A stretch of DNA of 64,000 bases from the human T2T-CHM13v2.0 reference genome, Homo sapiens (GCF_009914755.1 NC_060941.1), one strand, 5' to 3'; numbered from the stretch's first letter, positions 43,498 through 63,179 are shown. Notes: a model not told the origin generated them from the sequence alone. Translations and numbers: made by a program.

Positions 43498-45155
43498 TAA
43501 AAGTGTATTATTTTGTTATATCTTCAAATCTAAATTAATTTAAGCGTTCTGCATCAGCTAGGATTCATAAAAGACAATGACACTTTCACACACTGTGCAG
43601 GCTACTGAAGCAGAAGTTATGCTTTAGAGATCTCATCTAACCTGAGCCCAAGGAGGTGAACTGACAAGCACAAGGGGACACAGATGTCTGAGGTCCAGGT
43701 TCTGTTCCCAGGCCTCACAATCCCATCTAACACTCCTCCCACTTCATTACACTGCCCCTGCGTTTTCACAATACAGACTGTTAAATACTTCAGCCTCCAA
43801 ACTCAAAAGTGTGGTCCTGGAACTAGCAGCAGCACCTTGGAGCTTCTTAGAAACGCAGGTTATCAGGCCTCTTCCCTGAGAAAGGAAATCAGAATCTGCA
43901 TTTTAACAAGATTCCCAGGGCAAGGTTCTCAGAGAAGTAGCAGAATAAGAGAAAGTCTTTCTTTAATGGTTTAATTTCAGTTGAAGCTGACTTGGTTGAC
44001 CAAGTTAAAACAGTGATCTCAGTCCCACCATTGGCTGTGTGACATGAAGCATGTTTCTCAACCTCTCTGTGCCTGGGTTTTTTCATCTGTAAAATGGGGA
44101 TCATAAACCTACATGGTGCATAGCAAGTGCAGAGATGGAAGCAGGGTGCAGTACCTGTAAACAGTGCCTGTAAATAATGCTTCTTGTTGGTTATGTTTTG
44201 ACAGGCCTGGCGCTCTGCACAAGCTGTGCAATGCTTGGCACATAGTTAAGTGCTCAGCCAGTACGTGTTTAATAAATAACCAACAAGAGCATAGGTTATC
44301 ATTTATCAATTTTTGACTTGAACTGTCCCATTCTTTAGTATATAACATTCTCAAAACTGCCAGTTTTCTGCATCCCAACATTCAAAACTGTGCCAGCTCT
44401 CACCAGATGGTGAGAAAGTGCGGAGGCTGAAGGTCATAGATAAGCTTAACTCATACTGTAAATCATTCCTACCAGAATTTTTTTTGAGACAAGTAGATTT
44501 TATTTACAAATTTCTCCCTCTAAGTGATCATAAAATTAACCAATCCAGGATGCCCACTGCTGATTGAGTACAGGCAGAATGGTGGGGTGTTCTCTGGTGT
44601 CTGTTGTGGCTGTGGAATCCATGGTTACTAGGCAGAGCCCTGTGGCAGCACCTTGGAGCTTCTTAGAAATGCAGGTTATCAGGCCTCTTCCCTGAGAAAG
44701 GAAATCAGAATCTGCATTTTAACAAGATTCCCAGGGCAAGGTTCTCAGAGAAGTAGCAGAGTATCTTTAATGGTTTAATTTCAGTTGAAGCTGACTTGAT
44801 TGACCAAGTTAAAACAGTGATCTCAGTCCCACTATTGGCCGTGTGGGACTGCAGTGTCATGGAGGGGCTGCGATCCTCTGTGGAGGTGGACCCTGGACTG
44901 AACCCTGGGAAGCTGGATGAGGAGATGGTGGGGCTGCCGCCCCATGACCCAAGTCCTCAAGTCACTTTCCACAGCCTCCATGGGAAGACACTGGTGTGTC
45001 CACACCTCACGGGCTTAGTGATGGGTCTTAGTTTTATTCAGACTTAGTCAATGTATTAGGAATGGACTCCGTGTAACGTGGGCATGGAGTATTTAACACA
45101 CCTCAGACTGTGGTTTTCGAACCGCCTCCATTAGCATCATTTAAAAATGTGGATG

Positions 45156-45686
<531 letters not shown>

Positions 45687-46230
45687 TCAGAATATGAAAT
45701 GCAACTAGGAATCCGCCTTCTTAACAAGTTCCCTAGGTAATTCTTTATTCAAAACTTTTTTGATGTTGTTTATATTTTGAAATCTGTCACACATACAGAA
45801 GAGTTTATAAACCATATATACATAGTTTCTAACATAAAAATTAAACAAACACCTGTGTACCCACTACCCAGGTTAACATATTGAAGATTGGGAGCTCTGG
45901 TGTGCCCAGTTGTTTGGTACACCTTCTCCCCCATCACAGGGAACTACTATCCTAACTTTCGTGGCTTTCATTTCCTTAGTCAACCTGTTAGGAATCGACT
46001 CCATGTAACACACGAAAAGCAGCTTGCAGAAACACTGGATTCACACATGGAGGAGAAATGCCAACTCACAGGCAAGCACAGTGATGACAAAAAAAAAAAA
46101 AAAACACTGCAGAGATTGAGGGATCCTTAGAGGATGTCGGTGTATGAAAAAGTATTTAAACATCCCCAGTTTTGTAGATGCTTATAAGGTGAACAGCACC
46201 AACGCAATGCTGATGCAGAAATTCACATCC

Positions 46231-46637
<407 letters not shown>

Positions 46638-47295
46638 TTATCTATGCTGGAGTCCCTGGAAGAGGCCATGGGAGTCACCCCGTCACAAGGAGCTTTTCCA
46701 CACCAGCCAGGCAGCCAAGAGCCAAGCCCTGCTGCTCCCTTCCCCAGGAGGGCTTGGGTCTTAGGGCAGCGCTGTTCTCTCCCCTCCACTCAGGCCTCCA
46801 GAGCTGCCAGGCCAGGTTCTCCCATGTTGACTCCATCCGAGGGTCCCTGAGGCCAGTGGATCTAGGGGAGCCCCTTTTTGTGTTGAAGTTTCCACCTTCC
46901 CCTTCTGACACTGCAGCCAGCTCCTTCATGGTTGATTCCTCCAAATCTAAAGAATACAGGAGACCCTGGAGCACATCAGCAAAGTCTGGATTCTCTCTCA
47001 TTAGCAGCAAAAGAAATGCCATACTTTAGAGCCTCATCTTTTGCTCAAACTGAAACATCATCAAACTGCATTTCTCAAGACAATGCTCTGTAAATATTAT
47101 TTATGTATTAATCTCCTAGGTGAACAATTTCTATTTTATCCTCTACAAAATTATTGCACTTTGAAAACAGATTTCATTTATCAATACTTTCGGTACTCAA
47201 CTGCAATATTTTTTCTAGAGTTATAGTCCCAACAATTTTAAGTCATAAGTTAAAGCACCATTTTTTGGCTTGAGTATGTATTTGTTGAAAAATTT

Positions 47296-47664
<369 letters not shown>

Positions 47665-49024
47665 CTATAATATTTAGATTCAAATAGTGGATATTTTTCA
47701 AAAAACAAAATTAATAAATTACATGGAGATGGTTTTATTTCACTACAAGAGTGATGTAGGGAGAGATTTCTAAGAAGAAATCCCCTTGGACAACATTGGG
47801 GAACCCCACATCACTTTTCCCCATCTCCTCTCAATTAGCCACCACGCCTGGCTAATTTTTTTTTTGTATTTATACATTTTTATTTTGGTATGTAAGAGAG
47901 ATACCTGACAAAAGTAACCTGAATTAAACTTTCCATTTAAACTTCCTCTGTGTCTTTATGTTGAGTCAGGCACTGTATTTAGATAACTGTAAATTATTTA
48001 TCATGTATGAATGGAGGTCACTCACCCTAATAGTTAAACAGACTGGATTTACATAAATGTGGGGCAATCTTGGTAGGGGTGGTCAGCAAGGCCTCTGTCG
48101 GGAGGGAGCACCTGGGCAACGAAGACATAGGGAAGAACTTTGTAGGAAAAGGGGGTAGAACTGACAATAGCCCTGAAGGGGGCATGAGTCTGGTGGGCGT
48201 GAGGACCATGCAGAGGCCAGAGTGGCCTGAACTCAGTGAACGATGGCCAGAGTGGTAAATGAGTGAAGGGTACCAGGGGTCTGAGAATGGAGGGGTTTTC
48301 CCCACAGTAAGAGTTTCATTTCAATATAAAAGTTCAGAGGCAGCCTGCAGGGAACATAGTAAAGCAGGAAGACCAGGTGGGAGGCTGTGACAGTCATTAG
48401 GGTGAGAATGGTGACAGCTGGACCAGGGGAGTAGTGGAGGGGGGGATGGAGAGATGGGCTCGAGTCCAGTACCTGTGCTGCTGCCAGAGACCGAGAGACT
48501 CACTGAGGCCTGCGGGTGCCAGAGAAAAGGGGAGTCAGGATGAGGACAAGGAGTCCACTGTGAGCATCTCCCTGAGGGGTGGTGTCCTTTGCTGGAACAG
48601 AGAGGGATGGCAAAGGACGGGCATCTGGATGATAAATTGGAATAAATGTTTGGGAGGAGACTTGGGAACAGGACCTTTTGACACTAGAGTAGAAATACCA
48701 AGTGCTCAGATGGACATAGGTGGAGAACTTGGAGGAGCAATCACAGCATCAGCAAGGAACGTGGAGGATCATTGGGGCGTGAAGTTACTATTACACAGAA
48801 GTCCAAGTCCTGGGCAGATTCCAAGGGGTGAATGAAATGAGTCTGCTAGTGACCAGAACCCTCCTCAGGTCTCCCAGTAGCCACAATACCACAAAAAGCC
48901 TCAAGAGTGACCTCCCCAAGTCTGTTCCCATTAGGGGACTTGAGTTGTGCAGAATCCGTATAAGACAGCCTCCACCAAACACGTGTCTATGCAGGTCCAC
49001 GTGCCATGTACATACGTACGACTG

Positions 49025-50058
49025 ATGAAGATCCCCTCCTTGACCAAGCTCTAGCCAGGCTTCCCTGAGCCCCCTTTTCAACTAGGCCTCCACCTTGGCC
49101 TATGAAATCTGCAGACTTCAGCAAAAAGGATCGGGTCCATCCTTCCCCCTATATCAAAACGCTTAAACACACAGTTTCTTTTTCTTTCTTTTTTTTTGAG
49201 ACGGAGTTTCGCTCTGTCGCCCCGGCTGGAATACATTGGTGCGATCTCAGCTCACTGCAACCTCCGCCTCCTGGATTAAGCAATTCTCTGCCTCAAGCCT
49301 CCCAAGTAGCTGGGACTACAGGCACTCACCACGATGCCCAGCTAATTTTTTGTATTTTTAGTAGAGACGGGGTTTCACCATCTTGACCAGGCTGATCTTG
49401 AATTCCTGACCCCGTGATGCACCTGCCTCGGCCTCCCAAAGTGTTGGGGTTACAGGCGTGAGCCACAGCGCCCGGCCTAAACACATAGTTTTTAACTGCT
49501 CAAAGCTGCATCCATAGGATGACCCCAGACCCCCTAAAGTATCTTCCTGGGAAAGCTGCCAAAAGAACTCACTGTTGGCTATTGCCAACACCTTACAAGC
49601 AGCCCCTGATGTCCCTTTCTTAAAGAGTTAACAACAACAACAAAAAACTAAACAATTGTGAATCCTTCCTCTGTCTCTCTGGGATGTAATGTCTCCTACA
49701 CATCAGGAGTATCCTTCTCAAGAACCTGAAAGCCATTCCTCCAACATGCAATCACCAGGAAGCAAAGGGCCTATCTCCCAGTTACTGTGGGAGGATAGGA
49801 CCCTGACTCCCATAACAGCCATCTAACAGGCACTGTCGCCTAACCTTACTTACACTGACCCACCCTTCACAAGTTTCACTTTCCTGACTACTGAGTTCCT
49901 GCTCATCCCCTTCACATTCCCTCCTCCTCCCTCTTAAACACCTAGTCACTTCTGCACAAAGTTCAGTTCCGTTCACGAGGTACCTTCTTCCCTATTACAA
50001 TAGTATATTATTAAAATCTGCTTTACCACTTTTACTAGTGTCTAGCTTTATCTTCTAC
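49025..50058 (+). mobile_element. ERV1 LTR (MER67-like) with nested Alu (~49177-49477, -)
   Basis: tgaagatcccctccttgaccaagctctagccaggc...attaaaatctgctttaccact...aca. Confidence 0.55.
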
Positions 50059-51349
50059 AGTTAATACAAATATACGCACATACACATGCATATATATGCA
50101 CACATAATAATATATACATACACACATACACGTATATATACATCTATATGTGTATTCTTAATGAATGTTATGTCTTCTCTAATCGTTTGGAAGATATTAT
50201 CAAGTATTTCTTTGCAGTTTTCCTATGATCTCTGCGTTTCTTTTCTGTTCCTTTGGTCCCTTGCTTCGGTGTGTGTTTTCTTTCCATCTTTTATGCTAGA
50301 GGAAGTCCGCAAGCAACAAGTGGTCCTCGGCTCCCACTCCTATGTATGTATGTAGTAGGAAGGAAGCCGCTGAGTGCAGCTGTGCGCGCCGGGGCGGTGC
50401 CTGTGCCTCTCTGGATTCCGTGTTTCTTCGGGGGTGCTGAGCAGCGGTGCTTCCGCGTCCGCGTTCTCCGGGTAGCTGATGTGCTGCAGGCTGCAGCCCG
50501 CGTGGTCGCGGCTCAGGTCCGTGTTGGGCTGGTAGGACTCCAGCGGGGAGCGAGCATTCCTCCGGAACCTGGGGCTGGACGACAGCAGCAGGAGGCGTGC
50601 TCCCATCTCCGGTAGTCCCCGGCTCCCGCTGCTCCCCTTTCTCCCCGGCCTCGGGCGCTGGCGGGCGCGGGCGAGGGGGTAGCGCAGGGGAGGCCCGCCC
50701 GCCACGGCAGGGGGCGGAAACCGCGGCCGGGCTCGGGGTCAGCGGCGACGAGCGGGCGGCTGCCCCGCTCGCCCTCGGCCTCCGCGCCCGCCCGCCGCTC
50801 CGCAGCGGAGGAGCCCTCAGGTTTGCGTTACTGCGGCCGCCACACCTACCTCAGCCCGCCGCGGCCAGGTCGGGCGGTGCCGCGCAGGCCGCCTCCCCCC
50901 CTCGCTTCCCAGTCGGCTTACGCATCCCCGGCGGCGGCGGCGCCGGCATCGGCTAGAGGTTCGGCTCAAGTCGGGGGCACTCGTGTCTGCGCCGAGCGGC
51001 GGGCGTGAGCGCGGCCCCTGGGCCCCGCGCGGCGCGGTGCTGCGAGGAGGATCCTCGTGGCCTTGCCCCGCCGGCGGCTTTCCAGAATTTTCTACGATTA
51101 CGAAGTTTTGGCATTCAACCCTCCATCCTCTCAAACGCCCCACTGTTACTCCGCCCCCTTCCCCTAGGCCCCGCCCCCAGCCGCAGTGCCCTGCCTCTTC
51201 CATCCGTCTCCAGCCTCCTCCACGGCCCCGCCCCCTCAGGCCGGTCCGTCTCCCCTCCCACCTCACACCTCCGGCCCGCCCGTCAGCCCTGGCTCCGCCC
51301 AGCCACGGGGCTCGCCGCCACAGGCCCCGCCTCCAGCTCGCGGCCCCGC

Positions 51350-51492
51350 GCGCCGGATCGGCGTGCGTGCGGCTGGAGCCTTAAGCGTTTCCCCCGCCCG
51401 GCTTCATCCCTGCTGGCGGCCCAGCGTCGTTCTCCTCCTGCGCGAGGCGGCCAAGGCCTGCTGGCCCGGAGCCGCGCCTCCACCCGCGCGAG
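51350..51492 (+). other. DGKE: DGKE non-coding exon 1 (start approximate)
   Basis: Donor GAG|gtaggg at 51493, downstream of the GC boxes. Confidence 0.7.
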
Positions 51493-52009
51493 GTAGGGCT
51501 TCGAGGACCGGCGCGGCGCAGGTCTCCGGAGGCCTCCCGAGAGGGGCTAGGGTCGCCGGGCCGCGCGTGGGAGCGGGTGGGGCCCGGGAGGAGACGGCGC
51601 CCCGGAGGGGAGTGCGAGGCCTGGGCCGACGGTTACGGGCGCCGACCGGCGTTGCCTGGCCTGAACGCCCGGCCTTTCGGTGGAGGGCAGCTTGCCCCTG
51701 TATGTTGCGCCCTTCCGTGGGTCAGACCGGCGGCAAGGTGAGGCGGCGGCGGCAGCAGCAGCCGCCTTGGGCTCCTGGACGCGCTCCCGAGGTGGGGCGA
51801 GTTGGGGAGTGGGGATTGGAGCGTGATGGCTGGACGTCGCCTTCTCGGCGCGGCAGGTCCCGGGAGACGGGGGGACGAGGCGCAGTCCCGCCCTCGGGAG
51901 AGCGGAGCCACCTTCACTGAGGGCGCCCGGTTTGGCCCCGGAAAGGCAGGAAGGGGGCGGGGAAGGGATGGCGAGCTCGGGGTGCACCGCCTGTTTCTTT
52001 TCTGGTTAG

Positions 52010-52558
<549 letters not shown>

Positions 52559-55500
52559 TAGAGGCCTGCTTTAATCTCTGCTGATGACCTAAACTCATTT
52601 TGAGGAAGCAAGCTAATAAATAAACATCCCTGAGTTTGTGCAAGCGTGGCAGCTTTGCAGTAGTCATTTGCTGAGACGATGCATCCAGCCTCCACTCCTC
52701 AGCCAGCCTGCCCTTTTGGGTAATAAAACTTGGCTCCTAACGTTAATACAGAGGTTTCTAAGTGGTGCCTGCTTCATGGCCACTGTATATTTTAGCTTTT
52801 GTTCCTATCGATTATCTCCTTATTTTAAATAAGGAAAAATGAAATATGGACAAATTAACTTTTCCCTTCAGCCGCAAAACTGATGGGTCACAGGTTTTGT
52901 ACTATGAATGTGCAGTGAAAACAAGTGTCATTCCAAGGCAGCACTTTTATGTCTTTTGCTAATATAGCTGTTGGTACCATAGCGAAATATACTCAAAAAG
53001 AACACTGAAAGGAATATTCCTTTTGACGCTTGGTCTTTCAGGACATGTAGAATCTTAGATAAGTGACCTTGATTAAGCCAAGAATATTTTAATGTCTTTT
53101 ATATACACACTGGACAACACATTTTTGTCCTTAAATATTGTTTGAAAATAGGTGAAGATGTCCTTTGCTGATGTTGGAAATTGGTAAAGGAGAATGCTGC
53201 TTTGCAAATGATCTATTCTAACTCAGTTCACAGTTGAGAAAATTAAAGCCCGTTAGGTCCACTCTGGTAAAATAGGACTGGCCTCCAGGATTTCCAGCTC
53301 TGGACTAACACTTAGCCTCCTTTGAGCCTTAAGTCTGGACATCTTCATTGTAATGGGTTTTATTTCTGACAAGTAGAAAGGCGCATAAACATGCTTAAGA
53401 AATGAAATAGGCAGTAAATAGGAAGCTGCTTTTTAATTTTTGTAATTTTTTTTTGCAGAAATTCTTTCATTAGCATGAACGCTATTATAATGTCAATACC
53501 TGTTTTTAAGTCTTATTTTAAATAATTTTACACATTATCAAAGAGGCTTAAGAATAAATGTTCAAAATAATGTATTCTAGACAACTACAAAGTTTTGTAA
53601 CCATGCATTTTTATTTGGTATCTTTAAAAATTAAATGCTGTCCTTCTGGCATCAGTGAGAGCCAAGTTAGCAGGGACTTTAAATAAATTTCATAATGAAT
53701 TGAGTATTGTTCTATTTCCTTCCCTTCTCTGGTGTAGCCTCCAGCAGTCTGTGTCTGTGCAGAATTATATTAAAAATGGTTTCCATAAATAACCGTATTT
53801 CAAATACTCTTGAACACATAATCATGCTTCTGATCCTCCACCCAAATGATCTTTCTAAAAATGCAAATCTGATCAAGTCCCTGCTCTGCTTAAAATCCTT
53901 TAAATTGCTCCCCATCGGGTAAGCTGACTGTTTTACAGTGTAAACCCCTAAGTGCTTTTTCACAGGGTACATAAGGTCCTAGTACTTTCTGGCCTCTGTC
54001 CTTTTAGTTTTATCTACCACCACCTGCATTAAACTTTATGCACCAGCAACACTAAGCTTCTTGTAATTTCCTTAAAACGTCAGGCATTTTCTGACATTTC
54101 TGCCCCTTTGCTCAAAGCTTTCCTCTCAGTATTCTTCTGGCTAGCTTCTAGGCACCCTTAAAGACCCATCCCATGTCCTTGTCCTTTCCTTCAGGAACTC
54201 TTACCTGATCTACTCAGCTTCCCTCCTCCCCCAGTTTTTCCTTTTTGGTGATAACGTAATATCCTATATCTCAGTGGTTCTCAAAGTAAGGTCCCTAGAC
54301 CAGCAGCATCAGCATCTCTTCAAAATCTGTTAGAAATGCAAATTCTAGGGTTGCTAGATTTAGCAGATAAAAATAAAATATTGCAGAATTTGGAACATAA
54401 AAAGTTTCTCTGAAATTCAAATTCAACTAGGCATTGCCGTTTTTTTGTTTTTTTTTTCTGGCAACCCTAGCCCAACCCCAGACCTACTAAATCAGAAACT
54501 TGGGCTGGACATCAGCAGTCTTGGTTTTAACAGGCCCTACAGGTCCTTCTAAAGATGGAGAACCACTGCTATATTTACATATCTTTAAAAACATGCACCT
54601 CCGTCTCTTAATTTTGTATCCTCCCATTGAGCACACTGAATCTGTGTGATAATAAATCTTCTTTTCTTCATTAGTGCATTTTTACAGAGTAACCCCTTAC
54701 CCCATGATAGAAATTGTCTCTGTGTAATTTAGGAGATGTTTATTATTCCCAAGAGAAGAGACCACAGTGTCCTGAAGTTGTACATATTCTACAGTGTTCT
54801 GAACTGATTTATGTTGGCCAATAATTGTATACAGGATTACAGTCTCCTGTGACCTTCTGTAGGAATGAGATATTTTGGAAGGAGAAACAAAATAAATAGC
54901 TACTTAGAACCTTTAAACACAGACCAGACAGTCCTCTGGATTTTATCTAGCCCTGAGGAGAGCTCCTTCCCTGTCTGCATCTCATTCTTAGGGAAGTGAG
55001 TGAACTCTGCAGACAAGTTACATTTCAAAGGACACTAATGAGAGATGATGACTGAGTTTAAAGCCTGCAGAATAAGTGAGAAAGGCCCTTTAATTTATAC
55101 TCATTCGATCATTATACTTATTGAGCATCTATTTTTGTTCTAGACACTGCTAGAGTCTACTTTGTCTGTAGATTTTTTCTTTTTGTGTGCTCCTGTTTCT
55201 ACCCCCAACCACTACATCTTCTTTTTCTTCTTCTTATCTCTCCTCTGACTAAAATAGGGAATTAGGTTATATTTTTACATATTCAATATATTTATTAAAT
55301 GAACCTTTGTTTCTTGTAGTGTTCTATCTCATTAAGAGAAAAAGAACTTAAAGTGCTTTTTAATTTATTGGACTTTTTATTCATTACATCTACCCCACGC
55401 CTCACACACAATTACTGTGATTAGTAAAACAAAGCTGCTGACTCTCAGAAGGCAGTTAGATTGGCCTCAGTGTAACTAGTCTCAGCTTTGATCATAAATT

Positions 55501-56749
55501 TTGTTTCTATATTCTATTGGTGTGTGTTTATTCATTTCATTAATTATCTGAAACAGTGAAAGATACCAAATCATCTTCTAGAGCAGAGGTGGGCAAACTT
55601 ACTGTAAAGAGCCAAAAGAATTTTCGGCTTTCCCAACCATTTCGTCTGTCATAATTACTTAACTCTGCCATAGTTGCAGTGCAAAACCAGCCATGGACAA
55701 TACATAAATGAATGAGCTTACCTGTGTTCCAGTAAAACTTCATTCACAAAATCAGATGGCAGACATATTTGCAGTTTGCAGAACCCTGTTCTAGTGAATC
55801 TTATAAATGACCATCTCAACTTTATGTATAATTCAGCTGCCTCCTTCAGCACACTAAAAAAGAGAGCTATTGTGACCAGGTAATTTTTTAGAGAAAACAA
55901 GCCTTGTTAAACCTTTTTTTTTTTCTATAAATACTACTGCACAAGAACGGCATATAAATTCATGAGGCATTCCATATTTTCATATGAAGGAACTTTCTAG
56001 AGTAATGTTCTATATCTTGATAAGGGTTTTAGTTACGTATGTTCATTTATCAAAACTCAGGAAGTATATACGTACATTTCATTGTATGTAAATTTTACAT
56101 GAAAAGGAAAAAACATCATGAATTCTAGGTAGTGATAAGCCTATTTGCTGATGTATTCAGGAAGTATTCTGATGTCTTCAGTTTACTTGGAAATGTACTA
56201 AAAATAAGATGAATTAATGGATAGAAATGTGACAAAGCAATTACAGTAAGATGTTAATGGTAGAATGTAGGTGGTAGGCATACCTGTAAAAAATATTTTT
56301 AAGTAAAATATTTTAAAAAGCAAGTAAACTATTCTTGCTTTTAGAATATATTTGCTAAAATATTGAAGGGTGAGATCTCATACTGTCTGCAGTTTACTTT
56401 CAAATGATCAAAAAAATATGAATTTATATGGAAAGAGAATATTGTGGGAGAAAATGTCATTAAGAATCAGCGTGAAGGGTGGGCTTAGGGTATTCATTTT
56501 GCTATCCTTTTGACTTCTCTGAAAGTTTGGAATTTTTCAAAATAAAAAGAAAAAAGATGATCAGCTGTTACCCAATGACATGATGCTAAAGCTGAAATAC
56601 CAAGACATTTTAGTAATGTCTTATCTTCCCAGTGAGTTTGAAATCTAGGTTGTTAAATACCAATTACAACATAGGTAAAGACAATAGGATTCAGGTTTGA
56701 ATATGGTATTTCTAAAGAAGAATGTAATACTGAGTAATTAGTAAGCATT

Positions 56750-59235
<2,486 letters not shown>

Positions 59236-60749
59236 ATAAATTATACGATATTGACATGATGTAATAATATACATTCTTTACAAACCATGTTTTAAAAAAA
59301 TTGATATACAAAAAAGTTTATGATACAATGTAGAAAAGCATTATCCAGATATATATACATCATACTTCTAAGCTGAAAAACAAACGTATACACTATAAAA
59401 CTGAGAATAAATAAGTCAAAAAGTTAAGAGTGACTCTCTGGATGATTTTTATTTTATGCCTTTTTGTATTTTTAAATTTTTATAAGCTAGTATTTAAAAT
59501 AATTTTTAAAATTTATACAAGTAGTTCATGTTTATATTCTGGTTTTTAGGATCTCAAGGAATACATACAAAAAAAACATAGCCTAAAAACTTAATATTCT
59601 TCCCATTCCTCAGTCCTACTTTTCTTCCCAGAGGAAACCATTATGAAATAATTCAGTGGGTATCCTTTCTGATTGCTTTTGATGGTGATATACTATTTTA
59701 AAGTTATGGTAGACCAATAAATAAAGATATTATACTTCAGCCACATAACCAGTCTATTATAGTTTCTCAAGTTGAGTTTAAAATTAACAAATGTGATTAT
59801 GCAAATTATTTCAGTTTTCTCTGTAACAGATTATGCAGAGAACTCTTGCTTTTAGCAGTAAACAGGACTCGAGTATACAGCACTAAGTACTTGACAAATC
59901 TGAATATCCAAAAGGAAAAAACAGCTTAAAATAGAAGGTCACCAGAGGACCTCTGGGTGAAAGAATGTTTATCCTCTTTTCTTTTTTATATTCATTTAAT
60001 TATAACCATTCTTTTCTGGTGGCCTGCTTTATCTCTTCAGTCAGATCTGCCTTATCTGTGAGTGGATTAAATACTTAGCAAATTAATAATAGAAACCCAG
60101 GACCTTTACCAGCTCTGTTCTCTGCTTGTTTTACCAATTGGGTCCAAACATAGTTGCAAATCTGAATGCACATGTTCTTACGTCTATTTCAAAAGCAAGC
60201 ATATGAATTATTTTCGTATTAACTGACAAAAAGAAATGCACGGTTGTACTTACATTTACAGGTTAAGAGATTTTCAAGCTGGACCCTCAGGAACTCTTCA
60301 AGGGTCCATGTCAGTGGGGCATTTAAACAGCAAGGACTTTAGGCCTCATGAACCTACATTTCAGCCAAAGCACAAATATATATAAAACTATCATTTTAGA
60401 TCAGCTTTTGTTTATGTGGATCATATCTATTGATATTTACCATGTCATAAATTAAAACTGATAAATTTTTTAAATATTTTTAAAATAATAGTTACAAATG
60501 GTTTTTATGAAAATTTAGTGAGGAGAGTTACATTGTTTTAAATTTTTGCACATTTCTTTCACTTATTATTCAGCTAGAGTATCATATTTGCTTCTATTGT
60601 CATAGCACATGTCATAAAGCTTCTGGAAAATTCCACTGTACGCTTTTGAGAGGTTGAGGGTGAAATAACTCTTTAGTGTTATTATTAAAATTTTAACCTC
60701 ACAGATGCCCTGAATGGATCTTGGGGCCCACATTTTAAGAAATGCTGTT

Positions 60750-61055
60750 AGGCGGGGCACAGTGGCTCACTCCAGCAATCCCAGCACTTATGGGAGGCCG
60801 AGGTGGGTGGATCATTTGCGGTCTGGAGGTCAAGACCAGCCTGGTCAACGTAGTGAAACCCCATCTCTACTAAGAATATAAAAATTACCCAGGCGGTAGT
60901 AGCACGAACTTGTAATCCCAGCTACTTGGGAGACTAGGCAGAAGAATCACTTGATCCTGGGAGGCAGAGGTTGCGGTGAGCTGAGATCATGCCACTGCAC
61001 TCCAGTCTGGTGGACAGAGTGAGACCCTGTCTCAAAAAAAAAAAAAAAAAAAAAA
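60750..61055 (+). mobile_element. AluS
   Basis: Full Alu; TSD ~tgctgttag. Confidence 0.9.
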
Positions 61056-61236
61056 GTGCTGTTAGATTAAACTGCCAAATATGTTCAAACCTTATTGCTC
61101 CATTTCACTGTGCAGATAGTGCATATATTTTATTTGCCAAATGTTATGGTAAGTAGTGATAAAATTATGTTTTATTTTTTAACAAAAATGATTGTTTTGT
61201 GAGTTATCATTGAGATTATGGTTTAAAATTAGTTAA

Positions 61237-61455
<219 letters not shown>

Positions 61456-62930
61456 TAAAAAGCTGCTTAACTCATTGTTTGAGATAGTTAAGACAGTATG
61501 TAAGAAGAATTGGTGCCAGGAATAAAATAAACTTAAATAACAGATCAAGACCAAGGAGAGAAATAAAATGCTATTATGGTAAGCCATAAAATCCTACCTA
61601 GTTCCTAGAGATGGGTCAAAAATTTTGGCTCTTGAGTTCTTTCATGTCTAAAAGGAAATTGGAAATGTTATATTAGTGGTTTCCAAATCATTGCCTGCAT
61701 CTGAATGATTTAGGGAGCTTTTTAAAAATACAGATTTCTGAGTAGTACCTTCATTGCCATATTTGATTTAGTAGGTATAGGGTAAGTCCAGGAATTCATC
61801 TTTTTTTTTAAGGTCCTCAGAAGATTCTGATGAACAGTCAGTTTTGGGATTCATGATTATTGTCAGTGAAAAGAAAATAGATTTTCCTCACACCTTTTTC
61901 TAAAAATATTTTTCTATTTTGAACTTTATACAGGGTCCCTAGAGATAAGTTTATGTTGCACATTAAATGCTCCCACAAATAATGGTGAACACTAAACCTG
62001 TTAACAGTTTATAGATGTAGATATGTGTATGAAATTGATGTAACTTATTGAATCTCTCAGTCTTTATGTAGCTCTTAAGGAAACATCATAAAAATTTATG
62101 GATTTATTTTCTAATTGGATATACCAAAATAATTGAACTATTTTATTTTAAAATTGTACCTTTTTCAAATTAAGATTTTATGACTTACATGCCACCTTTG
62201 TCAATATTCCTGCAAGGAAAGGGACATTTTAAATTTTTCAAACAATATTGTTTTGACAGTTTTTTTAAATGTACAATCTCTTATTTATCTGAGTTCAACC
62301 TGAGATCACAAGAGAGAAGAATCTCTAAGTAAAACTATAGAATAACTTCATTAATGGTTACATCTACAAGGAGAGGGGAAGAAGAAATGGTTACATTTTG
62401 AAAAGTATTAATTTCATTTGACTTTGAGCTATTAGAAGTCCAGATTTTTTAATCTGAGTACCCCATTTTAAAAAAAGAAATAAAACCTTGCAAAACACAC
62501 CAGAATACATCCAGTAAAGGAAAATCAAGGTGAAAGATCAGAGAAAAAAATCAGTGTCTATTCTGTGAATGGTTGAAAGTTATAGAAAGACAGATTTTCA
62601 ACTCAGTTTAAGTCCAAACTTTCTAATAATTTGATGTAGCAGTGTAATGGGCTGCATTACTAGTGAGTTCCTTATGTGAGTGTCCGAGCATATGCTGGAT
62701 GACTTATCTAGAATAATGTAGAAGAGAATTAAACATTGAATGGGAGCTTAAATTAGTTAATTTCTGAGGTTCCCTTCCATTCTTAGAATTCTTTGATTTT
62801 TATATTGAATTGAGAGAACTAGTATAGTTTTTATTTCAGCAAATTATAGCACCATTGTTCTCAAGGCATGGAAAATGTGCTTTTCATCTTTAAGATACTA
62901 AACCTTTTCACTCATGGCAATTTTTTTTAG

Positions 62931-63077
<147 letters not shown>

Positions 63078-63179
63078 TAATGTTTTCATTTTCCCCAAAA
63101 TGCAATGATTATTAATGCTTCAAGTCACTAATCACCTGATCATAGGAAAGAATAATAATTACAAAAAGATCAGCCATTT

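Noticed and set aside
44796-45047. Retrocopy 5' ORF as a functional microprotein
   Set aside because: Truncated by frameshift and insertion right after the hydrophobic segment; the listed start lies in inserted DNA; treated as pseudogene
56120-56550. Apparent internal duplication (..cagtttactt..aaatg twice)
   Set aside because: Consistent with repeated modules in old L1ME 3'UTRs rather than a local event
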